From: an uncultured delta proteobacterium
Lineage (GTDB): Bacteria > Desulfobacterota > Binatia > UBA9968
DNA: 64,000 nt
NCBI GenBank assembly: GCA_963840855.1
Contig: CAWJBB010000027.1
Span: 185,969-249,968 of the forward strand
Direction: 5' to 3'
Shown here: positions 31,588 to 41,951 of the stretch, in pieces
Position numbering within the stretch: position 1 is the first letter of the stretch
Layout: every line of letters starts with the position of its first letter
The notes under the pieces: model-generated
What the model was told of the DNA's origin: nothing
The model's input: the letters and a program-made list of their open reading frames with translations, nothing else
The model's database searches: none
Translations under genes and position numbers: made by a program

Positions 31588-32499
31588 ATGCGTATCTGTT
31601 CATTGTTGCCGGGCGCGACGGAGATTCTCTATCGCCTGGGTCTGGGAGACCAGATCGTCGGCGTCACTCATGAGTGCGATTATCCGCCCGAGGCCAAACA
31701 AAGACCGGTGGTCGTGCGCAGCGCCATCGATTCCCACCGGCTTACCAGCGGCGAAATTGACCGCAAAGTCGGCGAAATTCTCGCCGGCGGCAACGCTCTT
31801 TACTGCATCGACGAACCCGCGTTCATCGAAGCCGCGCCAGATCTAATCTTAACGCAAAGCCTCTGCGACGTTTGCGCGTTGGATTATAACTCCGTCACCC
31901 GCGCCGCTGAGCTTCTGCCGCGCCCGCCGGTCATTGTATCGCTGAATCCGCATAGCTTGACCGAACTGCTCGACGATATCCTGCGCATCGGCGCCGCGAC
32001 AAAGTCCAATGACGCGGCCGCCAACCTCGTGCGCAACTTCAAATCGCGCATTGACACGGTGGGCAGCCGCGAGCCCGACCGGCGCCCGCGGGTGGTTTGT
32101 CTCGAATGGTTCGAACCGCTTTACGTGGCCGGCCACTGGGTGCCCGAAGTGGTCGAGCTTGCGGGCGGTGACGACGTTTTGGGCCGCGCCGGCGAACCTT
32201 CAGCAAAGACGGAATGGCAGCGCGTCGTTGGGGCGCAACCGGATGTGCTTTTGCTTATGCCATGCGGCTTCGATGTGCGCCGGACCATGCGCGAAGCAAC
32301 GCCCCTGCGCCGGCTTGAGGGATGGAACGAACTCCCGGCAGTCAAGACTGGAAACGTCTTTGCCCTCAATGGCAGTGCCTACTTCAGCCGCCCGGGACCG
32401 CGTCTCGTGGACGGGCTGGAAATTCTCGCCCGCATCCTTCATCCCGGCCATTTCTCAAGCGAACCATCGCCCATCGACGCAAAAAGAGTTATTCATTAA
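31588..32499 (+). CDS. Cobalamin-binding (BtuF-like) protein lacking a signal peptide
   Basis: MRICSLLPGATEI, VGVTHECDYP, LCDVCA, GHWVPE, MPCGF, FSRPGPRL. Confidence 0.85.
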   Translation: MRICSLLPGATEILYRLGLGDQIVGVTHECDYPPEAKQRPVVVRSAIDSHRLTSGEIDRKVGEILAGGNALYCIDEPAFIEAAPDLILTQSLCDVCALDYNSVTRAAELLPRPPVIVSLNPHSLTELLDDILRIGAATKSNDAAANLVRNFKSRIDTVGSREPDRRPRVVCLEWFEPLYVAGHWVPEVVELAGGDDVLGRAGEPSAKTEWQRVVGAQPDVLLLMPCGFDVRRTMREATPLRRLEGWNELPAVKTGNVFALNGSAYFSRPGPRLVDGLEILARILHPGHFSSEPSPIDAKRVIH

Positions 32500-32501
32500 A
32501 C

Positions 32502-32915
32502 ATGCTCGGTCGGATTTTACTGTTTTTCACCATCGTGCCGCTGGTGGAGCTTCTCATTTTGATCAAGATCGGCGGCCACATCGGCGCGCTCAACACAATA
32601 CTCCTGGTCATCTTTACCGTATTGCTCGGCGCCATGCTTGTGCGCGTGGAAGGCCTGCGCACTCTGCGGCAAATTCAATCAAGCCTGGCGCAAGGTCAAT
32701 TACCGGCGGAAGAGTTGATCGACGGCGTACTGATCTTCGTCGGCGGCATTCTCCTGCTTACCCCCGGCGTGCTGACCGATCTGTTCGCGCTCGTCTTGCT
32801 GTTGCCCTACACGCGGATGCATTTCAAACGCTGGTTGCGGCGCCGATTCGACCGCATGGTCGCGTCGGGCAACGTCCGGCTAAATTATCGCCGTGGCGAC
32901 CCGCGCAGCTTCTGA
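32502..32915 (+). CDS. fxsA: FxsA family membrane protein
   Basis: PLVELLILI, LLLTPGVLTD. Confidence 0.9.
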   Translation: MLGRILLFFTIVPLVELLILIKIGGHIGALNTILLVIFTVLLGAMLVRVEGLRTLRQIQSSLAQGQLPAEELIDGVLIFVGGILLLTPGVLTDLFALVLLLPYTRMHFKRWLRRRFDRMVASGNVRLNYRRGDPRSF

Positions 32916-34257
32916 GCGGACGGAAACGATTTCCGCCGGCCAGCATCTCCGAGACATTCTCCGCCTCGCTGTTCCGGCCATGCTGGCGTTGGCCAGCCAA
33001 CCGCTCTTGAACATCGGTGAGACCGCGATGATCGGCAAACTGGGCGCCGAACCGCTGGCGGCGCGCGCCATCGGCGCCGCCCTCACCGGCGCCATCTACT
33101 GGGTGTTCGCCTTTTTGACCTTTGGCTCGACAACTTTGATCGGCCATCACTATGGCGCGAGAGAATTCAGAGCCTGCGGCGAAATATTCTCTCACGCCGT
33201 TTTCCTGGCGCTGCTCGGCGGATTTTTCATTGCTGCTCTTTGCATCATCTTCGCCAAGAATCTCTTCCAGCTGATGGGCGCGGGGCCGGCGGTGGCGCGG
33301 GAGGGAATTCCATATTTCAGGTTGGTTATCGCGAGCGCGCCGCTCACTTTAGTCTCCCTCGCGTCGGTGGGATTTTTCCGCGGCGTTCAAGACACGCGCA
33401 CGCCGTTGCTGGTGGCATTTTTTACCAGCGGCCTGCAACTAACTTTCGATTACGGTCTGATTTACGGCCGCTTGGGCGCGCCTCGTCTCGGGCTCACCGG
33501 CGCGGGAGTGGCGGCTTTGGCGGCACAACTGGCGGGCGCCTTCGCGTATCTCGTGATTTTCTTTGTCTCTCGGAAGACCGCGGCCTTTCGAGCTCTCCCG
33601 TGGCGATTTTCTGGCGCCGAACTGCGCCCGCTATTTCGCATCGGCCAGGATCTGGCTATTCGCACCGGCGCGCTGCGCGGTTCGCTTATCTTTGCCACCG
33701 GCACAGCCGCGCGTATGGGCGCTGCGACTTTATCCGCTTACGAGATTGCCTTTCAGCTGTTCATGCTTTGTTCCGACATTATCGACGGCCTGGCGGTGGC
33801 TGGCCAAGCGCTGGCCGCCAAATTTCTCGGCTCGAACCAGAAAGCCGCCGCGTATCGGATGGGCAAGATTCTCATTCTTTTGGGCGCAGCGGCGGGTCTG
33901 CTTTTCACTTTGGCGTTCCTTGGCGGGGGCGGAGCCATTGTCGCTCTTTTCACGACGAGTCCTGAAGTCATGGTCTCTTTGAGCGGCGGCTTACTTTTAC
34001 TGGTGGCGTTATTGCAACCGCTGAACGGCGTCGTGTTCGTCCTCGACGGATTCCTCATCGGCGCGCGCGACACGCGTTATCTCATGTGGGCCATGCTTAT
34101 CGGCGGGTTGGGGATTTTCGTGCCGATCTCGTGGCTTTCTCTGCGCTACGGCTGGGGACTAACGGGCATTCTGACCGGCATCGGCGCGCTGATGTTTTGG
34201 CGCCTGGCGACTAATTTCTATCGCTTCGTCAACGAGTCATGGATGAAGCAGGGTTGA
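32893..34257 (+). CDS. MATE (DinF-like) efflux transporter
   Basis: LRLAVPA, GFFRGVQDTRTP, DGLAVAGQAL, DGFLIGARD. Confidence 0.92.
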   Translation: MATRAASERTETISAGQHLRDILRLAVPAMLALASQPLLNIGETAMIGKLGAEPLAARAIGAALTGAIYWVFAFLTFGSTTLIGHHYGAREFRACGEIFSHAVFLALLGGFFIAALCIIFAKNLFQLMGAGPAVAREGIPYFRLVIASAPLTLVSLASVGFFRGVQDTRTPLLVAFFTSGLQLTFDYGLIYGRLGAPRLGLTGAGVAALAAQLAGAFAYLVIFFVSRKTAAFRALPWRFSGAELRPLFRIGQDLAIRTGALRGSLIFATGTAARMGAATLSAYEIAFQLFMLCSDIIDGLAVAGQALAAKFLGSNQKAAAYRMGKILILLGAAAGLLFTLAFLGGGGAIVALFTTSPEVMVSLSGGLLLLVALLQPLNGVVFVLDGFLIGARDTRYLMWAMLIGGLGIFVPISWLSLRYGWGLTGILTGIGALMFWRLATNFYRFVNESWMKQG

Positions 34258-34307
34258 ATGTTTGACCGTTCGGAATACCGGTGATAGCGTCGGCGCAAAT
34301 CACGTAG

Positions 34308-34400
34308 CGCGGCAAAGCCGCAACCGAAACTCGGATTATCTCGCGCAAAGCATGTCCTGAGCAAAGTCGAAGGGACGCAAAGGCCGCAAAGGTCGGAAAA
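34308..34400 (+). repeat. Dispersed intergenic repeat (AACCGAAACT...TATCTCGCGCAAAG...CGCAAAG)
   Basis: Reverse-complement copy at ~45397-45470. Confidence 0.65.
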
Positions 34401-34566
34401 TGACGGTGAAAAATTCTTCAAGATAATTCATCTCTTCCCTCCGAACTTGGCGTGCTTTGCGCCTTGACGGCGGGAGTCAATTCCCCGAGTTCGAGTATTC
34501 CAGCTCACCGGAAAATTTGCGCAAGCCGCGGAAACTGTGAACTATCGTAGTACAGGAGAGAGCATC

Positions 34567-35299
34567 ATGAACAAGAGCATTGTCGTTACCGGCGGCGCGG
34601 GCGGTATCGGTTCGGAAATTTGCCAAGGGCTGGCCGCGGACGGCTTGAAAGTCGTTGTCGCGGACTTCAATAGTGAGGCCGCGGAAAAGGTCGCCGCCGA
34701 CATCCGCGGCGCCAAGGGTGACGCCATTGCGGTGCAAGTCGACGTCGGCGATCCCAAGAGCGTGGCCGCGATGATGGCACAAGCCATCGCCAAGTACGGC
34801 CAGGTCGATAACATGTTTTGTGGCGCCGGCATCATGGACCGGGTCCCGATCATCGAAATGCCGGAGGAAATGTGGGACCGGCTGATGCGAATTAATTTGA
34901 AGGGCGTATTTCTCTGCGCTCAGGCGGCGGCAAAACACATGATTCCGAGAAAAGAAGGACGGATCTTGAGCATCGCCTCAGGCCGCGGTGTCGCGGGACA
35001 GGCGCGGTCGGCGCACTACGCGGCGTCTAAAGCCGGGGTCATCGCATTTACCAAGTCATTGGCCGCCGAACTGGCGGAGCACAACATCACGGTGAACTGT
35101 GTCTGCCCCGGCGCCACCGACACGCCAATGTCGAGAATCGGCTACACGCCGGAAGAATTCAAAAAGCGCGAAGCTGATCCCGCCACTGCTGGACGGTCTC
35201 ACACAAAAATTCGAAATCGTCGGTCTGGTTCGTTATTTGCTGAGCGACGCAGCCAAATTCGTCACCGGACAGACTTATTTTCTGCGTACCCCCAAGTAG
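34567..35299 (+). CDS. SDR oxidoreductase (frameshift near 35180)
   Basis: TGGAGGIG, YAASK, VNCVCPG; alternative frame ends FVTGQTYFLRTPK*. Confidence 0.9.
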
Positions 35300-35758
35300 A
35301 ATGCGCCGGCGCTGATTTTGTGGAGAGTGTTCGTGTATCGTGATCGTGGATAGTGTTCGTCATCCGAGCACGAAACGCGAGCACAAGCAAAAGTCATTCA
35401 TTTTAAAGCGCGGCTACTCAAGCTTGCGCTGCACGTTTTTTCTTATCCATGGGACATTGATCGGACGTTGTTGACTAGCAGGAATAACTCCAACTGCGCG
35501 GATCCGTTCTCAACATCTGGAGGAAGACTATTCCACTTAGATAACAATTTCGATTTCCCCACGCGATTTCCCTTCACGTTTCGCTCCTCCGCACTCCGAT
35601 TAGATCTATTCCAATCGCTTGATCCTCAGCCAAACCGGTTCTGCCATAGCGCCGACGATCCGCCTCGGCCCGCACTCACGCAAGAGGTCAAACTGCGTCG
35701 ACATCAGCCACCTCAGGCCGAAGCCGGGCCCAAAGACTCCCCGCAACAGCGCAATCTC

Positions 35759-35844
35759 AACCAAACACTCGTGCGCTTGACGACTCGCCGGTTCGGCGAT
35801 ATAGCTCCCGTCAGAGAAAAAGGGTGTTTAAATTTCCTATACGT
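35759..35844 (+). mobile_element. IS91/ISCR oriIS-like end, copy 1, with outward promoter
   Basis: ~85-bp near-identical repeat with 38150-38232 ending AAAGGGTGTTTAAATTTCCTATAC; TTGACG-N17-TATAGC; upstream text resembles a decayed transposase C-terminus (RLDLFQSL). Confidence 0.65.
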
Positions 35845-35854
35845 AGTGTGGTTT

Positions 35855-36076
35855 ATGGAATACTTGGTTGTGCGTTTTCCTCGATCTCGTCGAGTAGTGG
35901 TAGACGATGAGTTTAACGGTCGTACCGATGATCTGATTGAACTCGAGGCCGGTCGACATGTTGTGTCGTTGGGGCCACCTTACAATTACACGCCGGAGGA
36001 GCAAACCATCATCTTGAAGGACACGGCCGAACTCGAGCTGCGCGAGGTGAGCTTTGATCTGTCGTCTGATGCCTAG
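35855..36076 (+). CDS. Small beta-rich PEGA-like protein (73 aa)
   Basis: MEYLVVRFPRSRRVVVDDEFNGRT...LEAGRHVVSL resembles the PEGA pattern. Confidence 0.6.
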   Translation: MEYLVVRFPRSRRVVVDDEFNGRTDDLIELEAGRHVVSLGPPYNYTPEEQTIILKDTAELELREVSFDLSSDA

Positions 36077-37457
36077 ATGGGCTCTTGTCTGTCTCCTGTC
36101 TCTTGCCCTGCCGGGATGTGCCCACTACTTCGTGAATGTCGAGAAATCGGCCATCAGCCGATCAAGGAGTATCGCTTCGATCCTGAGGCGAGCGGCGACA
36201 ATTCCAATTCTCTGTTCATTTGCCTGACTTTTCCGGAGGCGGGACACGCGCCGCGGCGCTTTCCTATGGTGTGTTGGAGAAGCTGAAGGACACTCGGATC
36301 ACCTGGAAGGGGGAGGAAAAACGCCTTCTCGATGAGGTGGACTGCATCTCGTCGATTTCCGGCGGGTCTTTCACCGCTGCCTATTATGGGCTGTTCGGAG
36401 AACGGATCTTCCAGGATTACCGTGGGCGATTTCTGGAAGCTGATGTTCAGGGCTCGCTTTTGTGGAGTCTCTTCAATCCCTGGAATTGGGTCAGGCTGGC
36501 GTCTCCGTACTTCAGCCGGATCGACCTTGCCGCAGAGTACTACGACGAGAACATCTTTGAAGGGAAGTCGTTTGCGGCGTTGGCCGAAACCAGCCGTCGG
36601 CCTTTTGTCATGTTGAACGCAACCAATCTTGCAAACGGAGAGCGGTTCGAGTTCACGCAAGATCAATTCGACTTTTTAGTGTCCGACCTCAATAGATATC
36701 CGGTTGCACGGGCCGTGGCTGCTTCATCGGCCTTTCCCTTCTTGTTGAGCCCGATCACGCTCAAGAATTATCCACACGCGCACTTTCAGCTGCCGAAGGA
36801 TTATGAGCTCGGGCTGAAGGATTACACGGACAATCGCCGACGCTACTATTGGGCGCGCAATCGAGCGATGTATATGAACGATGCGGCGTTGCCTATGTGC
36901 ATCTCATGGATGGTGGCTTGGCCGACAATATTGGGTTGCGTCCGTTCGAGGCGGCCCATCAACGTTCCGGTGGGTTTATCCGGAAATTGCTCAATCAAGG
37001 TGAAATAGAAAAGTTTGTATTGATTGTGTTGAATGCACACACGTTAGACAAGGACACGATGAGTCAGGACGAGAGCCCGCCGGGCCTACTTACTGTGGCC
37101 TCAAAAACTGCGACGGTTGCTATGGAGCATTACAGTGTGGAGACCGTTGAGGCTGTGAAGGATCTCCGTGATGCACGGAGGCAGGCGCAGAAAAATATTG
37201 CGGCCTGCCAGAAGAAGCTGGATCAATGTGCGGCGTCCCCTCAACTTCCCAAGTTTCCAGCTGAGATTGATCCATATGTGATAGAGGTAGACTTCGAAGC
37301 CATCTCCGATCTCGATAGGAGGAAGTACTTCTTATCCCTGCCAACGAGTTTTGCGCTCGAAAAAGATCAGGTCCAGGCTCTCATCAACATTGGCCCTCTA
37401 CTTCTGAATGAGTCGCCGGATTTTCTGGACTTTATCGAGAGTCTTAGATCACAGTAA
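36069..37457 (+). CDS. Patatin-like phospholipase lipoprotein (about 3 frameshifts)
   Basis: MPRWALVCLLSLALPG-C lipobox; SGGGTRAA, SSISGGS nucleophile, AVAASSAFP, HLMDGG across frames. Confidence 0.82.
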
Positions 37458-37633
37458 CCTTGCCTCGGAGAGCGGGGAAGGTGTCAGCACAATTTCGGTT
37501 TGAATAGCCGCATCTGCTTCGCCAGCTGACCACCGCGTCCGGTCTCGTCGTCCGTGAAGCGTCGTTCGTATCGCGCGACTAAAGCTATCAGCAGTCAGCT
37601 TTCAGCCATCAACTCCCATGCCGTGCAGAGAGT

Positions 37634-37935
37634 TCAATCGCTCTCTGCACGGCTGGAGGCTCTTACTTCATTTTCCTTCCTGGTGTCTTGGTACACCATG
37701 AGGTGCGCGTAGGGGCTGTCGTCGAACATGATGTAGACGCCAGAGGGGTTCGGGGCAGTCGGGAGCTTCGTGGCTACTGCGTCGAAGGGCCATATGACCA
37801 TCCAGTGAGGGCGCTCTTTCACAATCTTGGCCCCCTCCCCCGACATGACGACTTTCCCGCCTTTTTCATAGTGTGATCCGCCGCGGGCCATGCAGGCGAT
37901 GCCGCGCACGGTGTTCGTCGGTTTCGGCGCGGTGT
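37634..37935 (-). pseudogene. 5'-truncated fragment of a hypothetical protein
   Basis: Coding-like PHWMVIWPF...YIMF..SPYAHLM segment abutting an IS91 remnant, no credible start. Confidence 0.5.
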
Positions 37936-37957
37936 TCTGAGGTCGGTCATCCTTGCT

Positions 37958-38128
37958 CATGGCGTGCTCGCGCCGAACGCGAAGTTGCGTTGTGAAATCA
38001 TTCCGAGTCCGGCAGAGCATGCAACCGAGCACTCAACCGATCACGCTCACGCGCAGGGCGCGTCAGCGCGCATGAGTTGGGCCAGGCTGCCAAACGGGTC
38101 TTCGACAGCGACATCGAACACTGCCCCG
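37958..38128 (+). pseudogene. IS91-family transposase C-terminal remnant
   Basis: HGVLAPNAKLR...RMSWARL, then KRVFDSDIEHCP in a shifted frame. Confidence 0.8.
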
Positions 38129-38149
38129 GCCGAAGCAATACGCGATTTT

Positions 38150-38232
38150 AACCAAACACGGTGCGCTTGACGACTCGCAGGTTCGGCGATATACCTACCG
38201 TCAGAGAAAAAGGGTGTTTAATTGCTATACGT
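38150..38232 (+). mobile_element. IS91/ISCR oriIS-like end, copy 2, with outward promoter
   Basis: Directly follows the transposase remnant; TTGACG-N17-TATACC; ends TTGCTATAC. Confidence 0.7.
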
Positions 38233-38317
38233 CGATTTCATTCTCCCACGGAACGATAGTTAACTACTACCATGAAGGTAACCGAGAGCGATGCGATTTT
38301 ACCACAGGGGCTCGTGA

Positions 38318-39145
38318 ATGGCGACCTGCTACTGGAACCACGACCCACAACCTGCAGAGACTTATCTCTGCCTGGACGGCAAGAGTCAGGTCTGTGCGCG
38401 CTGCTGCGTCGAAAAATGCGCCGTTGATACTCCCTTGTGGTTCGCCAACTGTGCCGAAGCCGGACACCCGACCTGGCCGGCGGTCAGAGCGCGTCGAACC
38501 GTTGCGCCAAAACTTGTCTGCCTCGAGTCCTATTGGAACCACGATCTATTCAAAGCCATCTCGGTCAAAGGCTTTTTCGAATCACTTGCCACCTTGATTC
38601 GTCCGCGACTTCAGCTTGCGCACCGCTTCGTCGAGTCGGAGCGTGGCCTTGCTTACTACACGCGACATCCTGACGGTCTGCTCTGGAAACTACCCGAATC
38701 CTGGGATACGCCGATCTACTACCTCGCGTTCCACGGCGAGCCCGGAGCGGTCAAATCCGTCTTGGACCGCATCGGCGCGGAGACATTGCTGGAAGCTTTT
38801 CGCGGCTACGGTAAGTGCGGCTATAGTAATCTGATCTACTTCGCAGCCTGCAACGTATTATGTGGCCCGGAGGGAGAAAAATTTGCGCGGGATTTTTTGG
38901 CCGCTTCCGGCTGCCGCGCGGTTATCGGCTACACAACCAACGTCGATTGGATGCAGAGTTTAGTGACCGACATGCTTTTTTTGCAGCGCTTCTACACCGA
39001 TCCAGATCCTTGGAATAACCTTCCCGCCATCTTCGATTCAGTCAAAGGGGACTATCGGCCAGCGCAAACCCTAGGCTATACGATGCTGGAAGCCGAAGAC
39101 CTATCGCCCCACCCATATAAGAAAACTCCTTCGCCTGTGCTTTAG
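38318..39145 (+). CDS. Cys/His zinc-finger fused to a DUF6642-like (caspase/CHAT-like) domain
   Basis: N-terminal C..H...C...CARCCVEKC...C...H; then LVCLESYW, YLAFHG, IYFAAC, GYTTNVDW. Confidence 0.7.
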   Translation: MATCYWNHDPQPAETYLCLDGKSQVCARCCVEKCAVDTPLWFANCAEAGHPTWPAVRARRTVAPKLVCLESYWNHDLFKAISVKGFFESLATLIRPRLQLAHRFVESERGLAYYTRHPDGLLWKLPESWDTPIYYLAFHGEPGAVKSVLDRIGAETLLEAFRGYGKCGYSNLIYFAACNVLCGPEGEKFARDFLAASGCRAVIGYTTNVDWMQSLVTDMLFLQRFYTDPDPWNNLPAIFDSVKGDYRPAQTLGYTMLEAEDLSPHPYKKTPSPVL

Positions 39146-39157
39146 GCAATCAGGAAT

Positions 39158-39217
39158 CTGTGCGCCAACGCGCACGGCTTTAGCCTCCATGTGGCGGTGC
39201 GCTGGGGTGCCGATCAG
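39158..39217 (+). pseudogene. IS91-family transposase internal fragment
   Basis: LCANAHGFSLHVAVRWGADQ (GFSLH motif). Confidence 0.65.
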
Positions 39218-39445
39218 AGTGGGAAATAGGATCAGGCATGCATGGACGAATTAATCCTTTTCAAAGCCTGGTCCGCTTGACGACGAAAGCCCGAATCCTC
39301 ATTCAGCCTTTCCTTCGCTCGCCTCACGGCGTGACTCGCCGTGGACAACTCCGGGACCTGAAGAAATCGAGCCTGAGGAAATAGGCTCAAATCTTTATTA
39401 TTTACATCGGCGCCGCCAGCGCCCGATTTTGTAAAGACGTTTATA

Positions 39446-40242
39446 TCATCTCGCAGCCATGCGTCCACCCTCTACGGGCAGATCGACGCCGGTGATGAAA
39501 TTGGCCCATTGAGAAGACAGAAACAGAACGGGGCCAACGTAATCGTCGAGCTCTCCCCTGCTGCCGAGCGGGGCCGCGGTGAAATTGCTTCCCGACGCGG
39601 CGCCGCCGTAATCCCTCTCGTCGCGTGCGCCTTCCTGATATTCGTAGATCGTCGTGAGCCGGGTCGGCGTAAATCCAGGTCTTACCGAATTCACGTTGAT
39701 TTTGAACGGCGCCAACTCCACGGCCATCTGCCTTGTGAGCATGATGACTCCGCCCTTAGCCGCGCTGTAGGCCGAGCCGCCCGGCGCGCCTCGATGACCG
39801 GCGATGGACGCGATATTGACGATTTTTCCGCCGCCCTTGGCTTTCAATATCGGCACCACATGACGCGCGCAGATATAGATCCCTTTCAAGCAAATATCGA
39901 CGACGAGATCCCACTCGCCAGGTTCGAGATCAACGATGCTTTTGGGCGGATAGATTTGCACTCCAGCCGCATTGACGAGGATGTCGACCGTGCCCAGTCG
40001 CTTGACAACGTCACCGATGGCCGCAGCCACCTGCTCGTCTTTAGATACGTCCGCGGCAACTGCAATGGCTTTGACCTTTTCGGCCGGAAAGCTAGCTGCG
40101 GCGGCTTTCGCCTTGTCGAGACTAACGTCGAGTATCGCGAGTGCCGCCCCTTGATCGGCAAATCCCCGCGCGAACGCGCTTCCCAGGGCTCCACCCCCGC
40201 CAGTAATGACCACCACTTTGTCTCGAGTCCCAGGTCATTCAT
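39446..40242 (-). CDS. SDR oxidoreductase (frameshift near 40222)
   Basis: TGGGGALG, VNAAG, YSAAKGG, FITG; start MNDLGL in another frame. Confidence 0.9.
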
Positions 40243-40290
40243 AAGCAAGTACCTCTTCACCAACGAAGATCACGCCTTACGCTCCGGTAT

Positions 40291-40388
40291 GTTCCAAACG
40301 TTCAAATCGTTCAATACGTTCAAGTTGTTCAACGCAACCCATTGCGCCCGGACGGCTTGAACGATTTGAACGGCTTGAACTCCTGAAC
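40291..40388. repeat. Nonamer inverted-repeat hairpin
   Basis: GTTCCAAACGTTCAAATCGTTCAA... / ...TTGAACGATTTGAACGGCTTGAAC. Confidence 0.65.
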
Positions 40389-40438
40389 CGGTTGCGCTCA
40401 GCATTATATGCACTCTTTGCGTAAATCTATCGACTGCT

Positions 40439-41348
40439 TCAACTCCGCGATTCCGCGACATAATCGCGCAGTCCGGCTTCTAACTTATACTCCGGATTGA
40501 AACCCAACTCCGCGCGCGCCCGCGTGATATCCATCCGCGGCCGCGCGGGAGTCAAATTGCCGCGGCTCATGTTAATTTCCGGGAAAATATTTCTGAGCGC
40601 ATTTTCGACATCTTCCACCGTCGTGAGCGTGCCGCTGCCGAGATTGTAGACTTGATGCGCGCAGAGGTGAAGTATGCACGGCCAACGCGATCCCGTTGGC
40701 AAGATCCTTGACATAGATAAAATCTACCGTCTCGTAGACATTTAACAGTACGGGCTTGCCCGCCATCGCATCCCACACCGCCTGTTGCACTGCGACGCCC
40801 GGGCCGCCGGCAACGGAGTGGTAACCGTACACTCCGGCGAAGCGCAGCAACGCCAGCTCAAATTTTTGTTTCGCAGCGTACGTTCTGAGCACATGCTCGC
40901 AGCCAATTTTCGAAGCATTGTAGACGCGCTCCCGGCAATCGATGGGCGAATCTTCACGGAGCAATTCCTTCGGATCTTCACCCGCATACACCGCCTGCGT
41001 GCTGGCATGGACTAACTTGCGCACACCGGCGAGGCGCACCGCCTCCGCGACGTTGATGGTGGCGACCAAATTTACCTGGAAGCCGGTATAAACATTATGG
41101 ATGTTTGCCTCGCCCACAGAAGCCGCCAGGTGTATCACACATTCGGGACGGACTTGCTGCAATGCGTCCACCAGCGCCGCGAGATCGCGGATGTCGCCGC
41201 GAATCACGGGCAAATCCCTTCCCGTCACATGCCGGATATAATCCGGCCTCGGCGCGACGTCGAAAAAAGTCACTTCATCGCCGCGCTCGGCCAATTCGCG
41301 CGCCGTGTGGGTGCCAATGAGACCCGCACCCGTAATCAGTATCCGCAT
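40439..41348 (-). CDS. NAD-dependent epimerase/dehydratase (frameshift near 40660)
   Basis: TGAGLIG, IHLAA, YNASK, DFIYVKD; second frame YNLGSG...[12 protein letters not shown]. Confidence 0.88.
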
Positions 41349-41551
41349 AGCGTCCTCCGATGTTGTTCAAAGACCGCGCAAGGTTCGAACTCGAATGTTT
41401 GTACTACCCGGCAACTAGCTCGGTCAACTTGAGAGCTGCCAGTATTTCATTGTTAAGCGCTGCAATCCCTTGTACGATGCCACCGGTTATGCAATGAGGA
41501 ACTTGCATCAATCGAGCGAGGCATCCAGCAGCTGTATTGCAGGCCCAAAAA

Positions 41552-41938
41552 ATGAGCCTATTCTTGACCGATTCTGAGGTTATCAAAATAGTTCGCGACC
41601 ACATCGAACGCCAATTCCCTATGAATTGTTCCATGTGTGAACACCGGTTTTTAACACTGAAAGATTATCTGGAATACACCACACACCTCGGCCAACCGGT
41701 GAGTTACGACGCTGAAAAAGGGGATTGGCAACCGCTCGATCCCTTGGGCACCCTATCGTACGCAAACTGCCGGTGCGGAACGACACTGACCATCAGCAGT
41801 CATGGAATGGGACTCTTGACCATGTGGCGGCTGTTGCGATGGGCTAGAAAGGAATCTTCGAGGCGGAAAATGAGCACGGGTGAGCTTCTGAATGATCTCC
41901 GACAAAAAATTGACCGGCAAGTTCTGAGCGACAAATAG
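41552..41938 (+). CDS. Hypothetical zinc-binding protein
   Basis: FPMNCSMC...NCRCGTTL; AT-richer than neighbours. Confidence 0.65.
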   Translation: MSLFLTDSEVIKIVRDHIERQFPMNCSMCEHRFLTLKDYLEYTTHLGQPVSYDAEKGDWQPLDPLGTLSYANCRCGTTLTISSHGMGLLTMWRLLRWARKESSRRKMSTGELLNDLRQKIDRQVLSDK

Positions 41939-41951
41939 AGGACGGCAACGC

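Noticed and set aside
35759-38232. 85-bp repeats as integron attC sites or CRISPR repeats
   Set aside because: No attC-type inverted core structure, no IntI or cas gene; associated with IS91 transposase remnants instead.
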